Positions 8,535 to 16,870 of a stretch of 32,000 bases of DNA are shown here, one piece after another. The stretch's first letter is position 1. The number at the start of each line of letters is the position of its first letter. Location of the stretch: assembly GCF_001458695.1 (NCBI RefSeq), contig NZ_LN885086.1, positions 1,860,001 through 1,892,000 of the forward strand, read 5' to 3'. This DNA is from Candidatus Nitrospira inopinata. GTDB taxonomy: Bacteria; Nitrospirota; Nitrospiria; Nitrospirales; Nitrospiraceae. The notes under the pieces are model-generated. The model ran no database searches, had not been told where the DNA came from, and was given only the letters and a program-made list of their open reading frames with translations. The position numbers and the translations under genes are program-made.

Positions 8535-10535
8535 TCAGAATTTGAGAGTCAACCACCCCATCACGCGCCGTCCGATGAGGTCGCCCAGGGGATGTTCTCG
8601 ATGGTCGTCCAGCACGTTGAACGCCGAGACGGCGAGTTCCGCCGAGCGTCTTGATCCGGCCTCCGTGTCTTGCTCCCAAAATCGGTACCCCGCGCGGAGA
8701 TTGAGAAGGGTATAGCCGCCCACGCGGGTGCCCGGCGACACATTGAAAATATCGAATGAGTCGGAGACCGGATATGTCGCCGACCCCACGTAGTGCAGGA
8801 CGGCCTCTCCGCTCAAGCCGTTGAGCCATTCCGCCCGCAGACCGACGTTGACTTTGGAATGAGGGGCGCCTCGTCGGGCCAATCCCTCGGTGTTTTTCTT
8901 GATATGTTGGTACGAGTAATTGACAAAACCGGTCAACCACGAGGACGCTTGAAACTCAAGGCCCGCCTCCGCGCCGTAGATTTCCGTGCTGCCCGTGTTC
9001 ACGGTGTTGGTGACGGCGCTGGTCGACGAGCGGCCGATCAAATCGGACGAGCGGTTGAAAAACGCGTCGGCTCTGAGTCGAAGGCGGTGACGGTAGAACC
9101 ACCCTTGATAGCCGACCTCATAGGAGAGAATTTCTTCCGGATGAAGGTTCCTTGATCCCAGTATTCGGCTCGAGGCGGGGAGAAAGGGATTGGGAACGAG
9201 GGGATTCAACCGCACGTCTTGATACGTTTCAAATAGGGTCGGAGGTCGGTATCCGACGGATGCTTGAGCGCGAAGCGTGTGCCCGGGAACCGGTGTGTAC
9301 AAAACGGCCAGGCGCGGACTGTACGTGGGGTTGATTTCCGAATGGAGATCGTAGCGGAGCCCTCCGATGACGGTTACGGAGGGGAGCACGGACCATTCGG
9401 CCTGCACGTAAGCGCCGAGGCGATGCTCCCGTTCAAAAGAGGCGGTGCAGTCGCAAGACAGCGTATTGTAGCGATAGTTCAAGCCGTAGGTGAGTCGGCC
9501 GATCGTGCCAATCGAAACGGAGTGTTGTGCCTCGACATTGTAGGTGTTGCTGGCGAATCCCAAATTGGAATTGCCGCCGCGATCCGTAATCGTAATAAAC
9601 GGTTGAAGAAGAGGATGGGGGATTGCCGCGGCATCAGCGAAAAACCCATTCCAATAGGCACGCAGAAAAAGGTCGGGACGATCATAAGAAACATTGACGT
9701 ACGGCAGAGCGACCTCCGGAGTCAGAATCGTGTTGCCTACTCCCACGACCGGGCCGTCGTGAGGATTCATATGGACGAGTCCGCTGGAGAGAGTGACGTT
9801 CGACTGATCCGGCAGAAGGTACTCGACCTGAGCGTTGAATTTGGAAGATCGGTGGGCGAGGGTGTCCCGATCCCGCCATTGATGGGTCTGGTCATAGCCG
9901 CCGGAGACCCGGTATTTGAACTTGCCGGTGACCCCCGCGTGAATCGCAGAAGTGGACACGGTTCCGATTTCTCCTCCTCCCACTTGCAACGTGGTGCCTT
10001 TCATCTCGTCCGGCGTTTTCGTGATGATATTGATGACGCCGTCGTAGGCGTTAAAACCGTATAGCGCGGCGATGGGACCCTTGATGACCTCGATTTGCTT
10101 GATCTCGGGAAGGGTGATCGGAAGGCCTTTCCAGAAGACAAAGCCCTGCACGTCGATGTAGACGGAACGGCCGTCGACCAGGACGAGCAGCTTGTTGGCG
10201 AACAATTGATTGTTGCCGCGTACACTGACGTTGAAATCCGCTCCGGTCACCTGCATGACCTCGATGCCGGGAATTCGCCGTAAGAGGGTCGGCACGTCCA
10301 CGGCGCCGGAATGGCGGATATCTTCGGCGGTAATTACGTAAACGTTGGAGGGAGCTTGGGAAATCGGTTGTTCCCGGCGCAGAGCGGTGCTCACGGACTC
10401 CTCTTTGAGCAACGAAAAGACGTCCGAGGAGCCATGGTCTGTCTCCATCGGTTCCGCGCGGGCTGAAACGAGGACCGAGGTCAGGGACAGCGCGAGGAAG
10501 CTCGCGGTGATGATGGCACGGAGCGTGATTCTCAC
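8535..10535 (-). CDS. TonB-dependent outer-membrane receptor (plug plus beta-barrel), no N-terminal signalling extension
   Basis: The plug region reads NVYVITAEDIRHSGAVDVPTLLRRIPGIEV...LVDGRSVY...IEVIKGPIAALYG. A long alternating beta-strand region follows, ending in the C-terminal aromatic GWLTLKF. The preferred start is GTG 10535 (VRITLRAIITASFLALSLTSVLVSARA signal peptide), with GGAG 8 nt upstream and a GTGA overlap with the receiver stop. ATG 10571 is the longest-ORF alternative. Confidence 0.9.
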   Translation of the reverse strand: MRITLRAIITASFLALSLTSVLVSARAEPMETDHGSSDVFSLLKEESVSTALRREQPISQAPSNVYVITAEDIRHSGAVDVPTLLRRIPGIEVMQVTGADFNVSVRGNNQLFANKLLVLVDGRSVYIDVQGFVFWKGLPITLPEIKQIEVIKGPIAALYGFNAYDGVINIITKTPDEMKGTTLQVGGGEIGTVSTSAIHAGVTGKFKYRVSGGYDQTHQWRDRDTLAHRSSKFNAQVEYLLPDQSNVTLSSGLVHMNPHDGPVVGVGNTILTPEVALPYVNVSYDRPDLFLRAYWNGFFADAAAIPHPLLQPFITITDRGGNSNLGFASNTYNVEAQHSVSIGTIGRLTYGLNYRYNTLSCDCTASFEREHRLGAYVQAEWSVLPSVTVIGGLRYDLHSEINPTYSPRLAVLYTPVPGHTLRAQASVGYRPPTLFETYQDVRLNPLVPNPFLPASSRILGSRNLHPEEILSYEVGYQGWFYRHRLRLRADAFFNRSSDLIGRSSTSAVTNTVNTGSTEIYGAEAGLEFQASSWLTGFVNYSYQHIKKNTEGLARRGAPHSKVNVGLRAEWLNGLSGEAVLHYVGSATYPVSDSFDIFNVSPGTRVGGYTLLNLRAGYRFWEQDTEAGSRRSAELAVSAFNVLDDHREHPLGDLIGRRVMGWLTLKF

Positions 10536-10930
10536 GGAACGGACTCCGATCCGGTCCGCCGTCCCAAACATTGTTCGACGATGTGCTTGATGTTCGGTAA
10601 GTCAAACGGCTTGAGGAGATAGGCGTGAGCCGCTTTCCCGGTCGGCGACCGCGCCGCGTCCTCGTCGCTCACGGCGGTCACAATGATGACCACCGTCGAG
10701 CAGTCGCGGGCTTTGATCCGCCGTAGCACCTCGATTCCGTCCATGCCGGGCATGCGAATATCCAGAAATACGCCATGAGGAGTGAGACGATTCAATTTTT
10801 CGAGGGCGGTCGGTCCATCCGCAGCCGTGTCAACGAGATAGCCATAGGACTCCAGGCGATCTTGCAGGATTTGTCGAATGTCGGGATCATCATCGACTAC
10901 GAGGAGGTGTTGTGATCGTCCGCCGCTCAT
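10532..10930 (-). CDS. Stand-alone CheY-like response regulator receiver (132 aa, no output domain)
   Basis: LLVVDDDPDIRQ...VFLDIRMPGMDG...IIVTAVSD...LLKPF. It is the first gene of the receptor/binding-protein/kinase operon. Confidence 0.9.
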   Translation of the reverse strand: MSGGRSQHLLVVDDDPDIRQILQDRLESYGYLVDTAADGPTALEKLNRLTPHGVFLDIRMPGMDGIEVLRRIKARDCSTVVIIVTAVSDEDAARSPTGKAAHAYLLKPFDLPNIKHIVEQCLGRRTGSESVP

Positions 10931-11005
10931 TTGTCCGAGATGGTTTCAGTGGTTTGTCACGCACCGTCTTCCCCGTGATTCACACTGCAAGACCTGTGCG
11001 TGCTG

Positions 11006-11023
11006 CGTAGTTTACCGTAGTTT
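11006..11023. repeat. Tandem direct repeat CGTAGTTT x2 with 10-bp period in the divergent intergenic region
   Basis: CGTAGTTT occurs at 11006-11013 and 11016-11023, read directly. It lies about 76-93 nt upstream of the receiver gene start, in a lower-GC 357-nt intergenic region. Confidence 0.5.
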
Positions 11024-11287
11024 GTCGCAATGTGATACAGGGATAGTGCACCAAAGGATACAATTTGGGACAAAGTGATACAGATCACGTTGCCGTCAGG
11101 TTAGTTTTTAGTTGGAAGCGAGAAGAGAGATGCGCCGTGTGGAATGACATCACCGGCTTGGTTACATCGTGGCGGTGGCATGAGTCAGGCAGGTCAGGCG
11201 AATCGCCGTATTTCCCGGAAAGAGGGGCAGTCTGAAACAAGGGATTTCCTGAACAAGCTCGTTTGGGGGAGCTAGGGGCGCATATCG

Positions 11288-11749
11288 ATGACTATCTATC
11301 ACTTCGTCACAAACTGGGTCTTTCATGCCCCGAGGGAACGGGTGTGGGAGGAAATCGTCAACGTGACCGAGTGGCCCTCGTGGTGGACGAACTGGAAAAA
11401 AGCGGCGGCTCATGATCCGGCAGCGCAGGCGCGACTCGGTTCGGTCGTGGATCATGAGGTGCGAGGAAGGTTGCCCTACTCGTTGCGGTTCAGGACGGTG
11501 GTCACGGCGTTTGAGCCGCCTCGATTGCTGACCATCGCGTCCTCGGGAGATTTGGTCGGCGTCGGCACGTTCGTGCTGGAGCCGTTCAACGGCGGAACGA
11601 CGGTGACCTACCGGTGGGACGTCGGGCTGTCCAATCCGCTGTTGAATGTTCTCGGCAGGGTATCCTTTGCCAAAGCTCTGATGGAAAAGAACCACGATGC
11701 CGTGATGGACGAAGGCTATCGCGGCTTGAAAGAGCGGCTTGAGCGCTAG
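11288..11749 (+). CDS. SRPBCC-superfamily protein (polyketide cyclase/dehydrase / START-like)
   Basis: 153-aa ORF. The N-terminus (FVTNWVFHAPRERVWEEIVNVTEWPSWW) and overall size are typical of PF10604-type SRPBCC proteins. Confidence 0.7.
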   Translation: MTIYHFVTNWVFHAPRERVWEEIVNVTEWPSWWTNWKKAAAHDPAAQARLGSVVDHEVRGRLPYSLRFRTVVTAFEPPRLLTIASSGDLVGVGTFVLEPFNGGTTVTYRWDVGLSNPLLNVLGRVSFAKALMEKNHDAVMDEGYRGLKERLER

Positions 11750-11777
11750 GATCGGCGCTCTTCCGGGGCCAACGGTT

Positions 11778-11808
11778 GTCGCCGAGGAAGGCGACGCGGG
11801 GTTTTCTC
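11778..11808 (+). terminator. Weak candidate intrinsic terminator between the convergent SRPBCC and trpS genes
   Basis: Hairpin GTCGCC-gaggaa-GGCGAC (11778-11795) followed by gcggggttttctc. The stem is short and the U-tract is offset. Confidence 0.3.
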
Positions 11809-11815
11809 AGAGGCG

Positions 11816-12808
11816 CTAAATCTTCATCGCCTCGGTCGCTTCGGCGAGGGTGGCCTTGGCGACGGTGGCGGCCCGTTCGCTGCCGTCTTGGACAATGGCG
11901 TCGAGATGGGCCGGATTGTCGGTCAGCTTGGCGCGTGCGTCCCACATCGGAGTCATGTTCTCCACCATCCTGTCGGCCACCAGTTTTTTGCAGTCGATGC
12001 AGCCGATGGCGGCGGTGCGGCACTCGTGTGCGATCTGCTCCTGAACGGGAGCCGGCGAATAGATTTTATGGAACTCATAGACCGGGCAGAGGTCGGGGTT
12101 GCCCGGATCGGTCCGGCGCACGCGGGCCGGATCGGTCACCATGGTTTTGAGTTTTTGGCGCACGACCGGTTCCGGATCGGAAAGATTGATCGTGTTGTGA
12201 TAGCTCTTGCTCATTTTCCGGCCGTCGGTGCCGAGCACCTTGGGGAATTTGGTGAGGTGCTCTTTCGGCTCGGGGAATACCGGCGTTTTGTAGATGTCGT
12301 TGAACCGGCGCGCAATCTCCCGCGTGAGTTCCAGGTGCGGCAACTGATCCTTTCCGACCGGTACGAAATCCGGCTTGTACAAGAGGATGTCGGCGGCCTG
12401 GAGAACGGGATATCCGAGAAAGCCGTAGGTACCGAGGTCCTTTTCTTTGATTTCTTCCTGCTTTTCTTTGTACGTCGGATTGCGCTCGAGCCAAGAGATG
12501 GGCGTCATCATCGAGAAAAGCAGGTGCAGGATCGCGTGCTCCGGCACGCGGGATTGGACGAACACGGTGGAACGGGCGGGGTCGATGCCGGCGGCCAGCC
12601 AATCGATCAGCATTTCCCGCACGAACTCGCGAACGCGGCTCGTGTCGGCGTAGTTGGTGGAGAGCGCGTGCCAATCGGCGACGAAAAAGTAGCAGTCGTA
12701 GTGGGTTTGCAGAGCTTTCCAGTTTTCCAGCGCGCCCAGGTAATTGCCGAGGTGCATGAGGCCGCTGGGCTGCATGCCGCTCAAGACTCGTTTCAGAGGC
12801 GTTGTCAT
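11816..12808 (-). CDS. trpS: Tryptophan--tRNA ligase, variant with a C-terminal Cys4 motif
   Basis: Class I signatures are present: GMQPSGLMHLGNYLG (HIGH-type) and GRKMSKS (KMSKS). At 330 aa the length is typical of bacterial TrpRS. Cys241, Cys263, Cys270 and Cys273 form C-x21-C-x6-C-x2-C. Confidence 0.93.
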   Translation of the reverse strand: MTTPLKRVLSGMQPSGLMHLGNYLGALENWKALQTHYDCYFFVADWHALSTNYADTSRVREFVREMLIDWLAAGIDPARSTVFVQSRVPEHAILHLLFSMMTPISWLERNPTYKEKQEEIKEKDLGTYGFLGYPVLQAADILLYKPDFVPVGKDQLPHLELTREIARRFNDIYKTPVFPEPKEHLTKFPKVLGTDGRKMSKSYHNTINLSDPEPVVRQKLKTMVTDPARVRRTDPGNPDLCPVYEFHKIYSPAPVQEQIAHECRTAAIGCIDCKKLVADRMVENMTPMWDARAKLTDNPAHLDAIVQDGSERAATVAKATLAEATEAMKI

Positions 12809-13542
12809 TGCGCAGGACTCCCGATGCCGAGGGCGGTCGAAAGAATCGTTCCGGAGAGGCCGGAGACGAACGTGGTCGTGATGGTGTGGATCACCCGTAG
12901 CTCCTTGTCGAATACAATCAGGCCGACCAAAATCAACATGCCGTAGGGTTCCAGGCGCGCCAGCGCCGTCGCCGGCTTGGCCGGCAGCAGACAGGTCAGG
13001 ACCCGCCCCCCGTCGAGGGGCGGGATGGGAATCAAATTAAAGAGCGCCAGGAACACGTTGATGATGACGGAATAAAACGCCATGACGGCGATCGGACGCA
13101 ACACCATCGCTGTAAACAGGCTTGAGGTTGCCTCGTCACCGGTCTGCTGGCGCGGTGACAAGGTCGGTTCTCCGGCAAGGAGCAGGGCCAGCAGCAGGGC
13201 GCTGGCGACGGCCAGCAAGAGATTCATCGCCGGCCCCGCGGTCGCCACGAGGGCCATGTCCCGGCGGGGGCGGTACAGGTTGCGCGGATCGACCGGCACC
13301 GGCTTGGCCCATCCAAACAAGAAACTGCCCGGCAAGAGCAGGCAGATGAGCGGCACGATGACGGTACCCATAGGGTCGATGTGGGCCAGGGGATTGATAG
13401 TCAGGCGGCCCTGGAGCCTCGCGGTCGGATCGCCGCGCTTCTCGGCCATCCATCCGTGCGCATATTCGTGCAGCACCATGGCGAACAGCAGGGGGAGCCC
13501 CATGTAGGAAACGGTATGGAGAGCTTGTGCGAGTGCGTCCAT
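12805..13542 (-). CDS. Site-2 protease family (peptidase M50) integral membrane zinc metalloprotease
   Basis: HEYAHGW (HExxH) sits in the first hydrophobic helix. The protein is multi-pass and hydrophobic, with a C-terminal NLIPIPPLDGG motif typical of M50. An ATGA overlap links it to trpS. Confidence 0.85.
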   Translation of the reverse strand: MDALAQALHTVSYMGLPLLFAMVLHEYAHGWMAEKRGDPTARLQGRLTINPLAHIDPMGTVIVPLICLLLPGSFLFGWAKPVPVDPRNLYRPRRDMALVATAGPAMNLLLAVASALLLALLLAGEPTLSPRQQTGDEATSSLFTAMVLRPIAVMAFYSVIINVFLALFNLIPIPPLDGGRVLTCLLPAKPATALARLEPYGMLILVGLIVFDKELRVIHTITTTFVSGLSGTILSTALGIGSPAQ

Positions 13543-13663
13543 GTCGGGTCCGTTCTGCGGGTTCGTGTTGGAACGTTGGAGCGTTGTCCTCGCCGAAATG
13601 CAACGGGCGGCGCGCCGTCTTCGAACGGGACCGGGGCCGACCGATCATTATGTCCGCGCGAGC

Positions 13664-15631
13664 CTATTCTATCTGCACGAATTTACCTTGTTTTACCTGG
13701 AGAAGAAAGAGCGGTCGATGGAGAGTGCCGTCGGGGCCGAAACCGGCGGGGCCGGTCAGGGTCGGCAAGCTCCGCTGGGTCGTCAGAAAATCCCGAAGCG
13801 CTTCTCCGGAAGTGGCGCCGTGTCGGATTCCTTCGATGACCACGCGGGCCGCGTCGTAACCCTGCGCGACAAAGAGCGAGGGGAGCGTCTGCGTGCGTTT
13901 TTGATAGCGCTCGACGAAGTCCTTCACGCTCGGATGGAGGCTGTCGGCGAAAAACCCGTCGACGAAGACGGCGCCTTCGACGGCGCGATCCGCGGCGCGG
14001 ACGAAGTCGGGCGAGTTCCATCCATTCGCCCCCAGGAGCGGAACATGGATGTCATGGAAAGCCAGTTGGGCGGCGATCAAGCCGACGTCGCTGGATCGGC
14101 TGGGGATGAAGATCGCGTCGAATCCGGGCGTGTACAGCAGACGTTTGCTGTTTCGGTTGGCGGATTTGCCGCCTGGTTGTGAAACGTCGATGGGCAGGGC
14201 GAGCCCGTACTTCTTCAGATCCTCCTCTTTTATGGCGGTAATCTGTGGACCGAAATCCGTGTCCCCTTCTTTATAGGACCGGACGGCGATGATTTCTCCA
14301 TCGTAGCGCCGGACCTCCTGTGCGAACAGTCTGGCCAGCTCTCGCCCATAGACCGTATCGGGGTGGAAAACACAAAAACGACGATAGCCTTGGTCTTTGA
14401 CGGCGTAGGCGGCAATGCGCTCGGCCTGCATCTGATAGGTCAAGGCCGTACTGAAGAGGTAACCGCTCAGCCGGCGGACGTTCGGCAGGGTGGCGGCCGG
14501 CGTAATCAGCGGCACGCGGTGCCTTTGCGCCATTTCGGCCATGGCCGGAAGGTTTTTCGACAACAGGGGACCGATGACCGCCAGGGGGCGATCGTAGACC
14601 AACAACGTCGAAAGGTCGTCAAGAAACCCGTGGCGATCCGCGTCCTGGTCTTTGACGAGTAAGCCGATGGACGGCAGATCCCCTTGGGACTTCGCCTGAT
14701 CCAGGGCGAGCTGAATGCCTTCCAGGACTTCGTTGGCGAACGGGCTGAGATTGCCAGAGAGCGGCAGCACGGCGGCGACAAGATACTGATTGGCCCTGAG
14801 TCTCGCGCTGACCTGGGCCAACGAGTCTCGGACGGTAGAGGCTTGAGGGTGATCCGGAAACGCGGCGAGGAAGTGGCGGCTTTCCCGCTCGGCCAGGTGG
14901 TCTTCTCCGCGCGCGATGTAATCGTTGATGAGGCGAATGGAAGCGAGATCGCCCGGATAGACACGAGGGAACGCTTGGCGCACGCGCAGGAGTCCTTTTC
15001 GGTCGAGTTGCTCCGTCAGGAGCGCGCGCACCTGCTCGCGAAGGTTTGCGGCCTCTTGGTCCGAACTGCCTTCCAGCCCGTCCAACAACGTGCGAATGGC
15101 GCGCACGAACTCTCTTTTTTGGATGAAGACGTCCGCGGTCAGTTTCATCGCCTCCCGTTTGGTCCCCTCGTCCTGCGTCAGGGTGCGAACTTGGGCCAGC
15201 AGCGGGAGTGCGAGATCGGGATTGTCCATGGCCGCATGGGTACGGGCCAGCAAAAGCTGCCCGCGTTCATGGACTTCGGATTCGGGGAACTGCTGGTGAA
15301 GCAAGTTCAAATATTTGAGGGCGTCGGGGAAATTCTTCGCGTCATAGTAGGCGGCGCCCAACAGCAGATAGGCGTCGTCAAGATAATCGGCGCGCGGCGA
15401 TGCGGCCAGGAATTGCTGAAGCGCCGTCGCGGCCGCTTCGGGATCGCCCTTCTCGATGAGCTGTTTCGCCTGCCTCAGCGCCGTCGGCAACGACGACGGG
15501 TTATTGGGCGGTGGATTGTTGGCCGCGGTGCCGAGCCCCGGAACCGTGAGCAGGAGGCCGGCAAGTAGAACGACGCCGAGCATGCGGCGTGAGACGGAGG
15601 ATGGTTTGGGATTGATCGTGTGGGGAAACAT
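13664..15631 (-). CDS. Secreted TPR plus type-1 periplasmic-binding-fold protein (LppC/LpoA-like or LivK-like), not a lipoprotein
   Basis: The signal peptide (LGVVLLAGLLLTVPGLGTAA) has no lipobox Cys. N-terminal TPR-like repeats include AYLLLGAAYYDAKNFPDALKYL. The C-terminal ~350 aa resemble the Leu/Ile/Val-binding protein fold (AAVLPLSG...VIGPLLS...PLITPAAT...GANGWNS). Confidence 0.65.
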   Translation of the reverse strand: MFPHTINPKPSSVSRRMLGVVLLAGLLLTVPGLGTAANNPPPNNPSSLPTALRQAKQLIEKGDPEAAATALQQFLAASPRADYLDDAYLLLGAAYYDAKNFPDALKYLNLLHQQFPESEVHERGQLLLARTHAAMDNPDLALPLLAQVRTLTQDEGTKREAMKLTADVFIQKREFVRAIRTLLDGLEGSSDQEAANLREQVRALLTEQLDRKGLLRVRQAFPRVYPGDLASIRLINDYIARGEDHLAERESRHFLAAFPDHPQASTVRDSLAQVSARLRANQYLVAAVLPLSGNLSPFANEVLEGIQLALDQAKSQGDLPSIGLLVKDQDADRHGFLDDLSTLLVYDRPLAVIGPLLSKNLPAMAEMAQRHRVPLITPAATLPNVRRLSGYLFSTALTYQMQAERIAAYAVKDQGYRRFCVFHPDTVYGRELARLFAQEVRRYDGEIIAVRSYKEGDTDFGPQITAIKEEDLKKYGLALPIDVSQPGGKSANRNSKRLLYTPGFDAIFIPSRSSDVGLIAAQLAFHDIHVPLLGANGWNSPDFVRAADRAVEGAVFVDGFFADSLHPSVKDFVERYQKRTQTLPSLFVAQGYDAARVVIEGIRHGATSGEALRDFLTTQRSLPTLTGPAGFGPDGTLHRPLFLLQVKQGKFVQIE

Positions 15632-15670
15632 GGCGTTGCGCGGCGACCGGAGGCATACCGCGATGAGTGA

Positions 15671-15699
15671 CTAGTATCGAAAAGGAGGAGAGGTGTCAA
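15671..15699 (-). promoter_or_regulatory. Candidate sigma70-type promoter for the LpoA-like/M50/trpS operon
   Basis: On the minus strand, TTGACA (15699-15694) is followed by a 17-nt spacer and TACTAG (15676-15671), about 40 nt upstream of the ATG at 15631. The -35 is perfect but the -10 is weak. Confidence 0.3.
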
Positions 15700-15841
15700 G
15701 GAGAACGGGCCGCTCCACCGTCGTTGTGCCGACGGAATGGGTCGGTTATAGTGATCGGCGTCGCCATGGCGGGGACTGAGAAAAGAGCCGCTGAGAGTCG
15801 GCAGCGTTCTCCTGATCTCTTGCCAGGGCCGGTAAGCGAAG

Positions 15842-16783
15842 ATGGTCGATTCTGAAGCGCTGATCTTGGATCCGCTGGTCGAACGGTATCTGCGCGGGCT
15901 GCGGGTCGAGGGAGGGTTGTCGATCAATACGATCGAGTCGTATCGGCGCGACCTCATGAAACTTCAGGAGTTTGCGGCGCGGCACGGGCTTGGGATGTGC
16001 GATCCGATCCCGCCGTCCCTCGTGACGTCCTTTCTCGCTCTGTTGAGACGGGGGTCTCTTGGAGCGTCGTCCGTCGCCCGTCTCTTGTCGACTCTGCGGG
16101 GGTGGTTCCGATTCCTTGTTCGAGAGCGGATCGTGGAGACGAATCCCTTGCGCGATCTTGCGGCGAGACGGCGGGCCGTCACGTTGCCCAAAACGTTGAC
16201 CAAGCAGGAGGTCGTTCGATTGCTGGATATGCCGGCCGGTTCGAGTCCCGAAGAGCGACGGGATCGCGCCATGCTGGAGCTTCTGTATGCCTCGGGCCTT
16301 CGCGTGTCGGAGTTGACGGGGCTTGACGTGTCCCAACTTGATCTAAGCGGAGGATTTCTGCGGATTGCCGGGAAAGGCGCCAAGGAGCGGGTGGTGCCGA
16401 TGGGAGAGGCGGCAAGGGGCTTGGTGGACGATTATCTCACCCATGTGCGGCCGGTGCTCCTGAAAGGACGGTCGTCGGGCAAGGTGTTCGTCTCGCGGCG
16501 CGGGCGGGCATTGACCAGACAGGCGTTTTGGAAATTGCTCCGACAACGGGCGAGACGGGCCGGGATCACGAAGCGGATTTCGCCCCACATGCTCAGGCAT
16601 TCGTTCGCCACGCACTTGTTGGAAGGGGGAGCGGACCTGCGCGCGGTCCAGACGATGCTCGGCCACGCCGATATTGCGACGACTCAAATCTATACCTACG
16701 TGGAACGCAGTCGGTTGAAGCAGGTGCACCGGCGATATTTCCCGAGACAGGCTCGGAGGAAAACATCGGGCGCAGGCTCTTGA
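15842..16783 (+). CDS. xerD: Tyrosine site-specific recombinase, XerD-like
   Basis: The N-terminal core-binding domain reads LVERYLRGLRVEGGLSINTIESYRRDL. The C-terminal catalytic region reads HMLRHSFATHLLEGGADLRAVQTMLGHADIATTQIYTYV, carrying the R-H-R-Y residues. The pattern is closer to XerD than to XerC, from memory. Confidence 0.8.
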   Translation: MVDSEALILDPLVERYLRGLRVEGGLSINTIESYRRDLMKLQEFAARHGLGMCDPIPPSLVTSFLALLRRGSLGASSVARLLSTLRGWFRFLVRERIVETNPLRDLAARRRAVTLPKTLTKQEVVRLLDMPAGSSPEERRDRAMLELLYASGLRVSELTGLDVSQLDLSGGFLRIAGKGAKERVVPMGEAARGLVDDYLTHVRPVLLKGRSSGKVFVSRRGRALTRQAFWKLLRQRARRAGITKRISPHMLRHSFATHLLEGGADLRAVQTMLGHADIATTQIYTYVERSRLKQVHRRYFPRQARRKTSGAGS

Positions 16784-16819
16784 GCGACGCGAAGACGCGC
16801 GAAGGAGAAGGACGACCGG

Positions 16820-16848
16820 TTGACAAGGTAAGAGGGACTTGATACCCT
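16820..16848 (+). promoter_or_regulatory. Candidate sigma70 promoter for the tRNA-Val/tRNA-Asp unit
   Basis: TTGACA (16820-16825), a 17-nt spacer, then TACCCT (16843-16848), about 22 nt upstream of the tRNA-Val 5' end. Confidence 0.4.
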
Positions 16849-16870
16849 CCGCCGGGTTGACAGAAGACCC

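Noticed and set aside
7490-8940. Long N-terminal extensions of the kinase (to 7810), the binding protein (to 8940) and the receptor (ATG 10571)
   Set aside because: The extensions lie inside the preceding genes in other frames and are Arg/Pro/Gly-rich. Internal starts give proper signal or TM sequences and classic TGATG/GTGA coupling overlaps.
11176-11191. Sigma54-like element TGGCAT-gagtc-AGGCA upstream of the SRPBCC gene
   Set aside because: The GG and GC are correctly spaced, but the conserved TT of the -12 element is missing. No enhancer-binding protein is nearby, and a match of this quality is expected by chance in GC-rich DNA.
11888-12946. 352-aa ORF on the plus strand
   Set aside because: It is entirely antisense to trpS and the M50 protease, which carry unmistakable motifs. 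It is a typical shadow ORF of GC-rich DNA and its translation is Arg/Gly/Val-rich low-complexity sequence.
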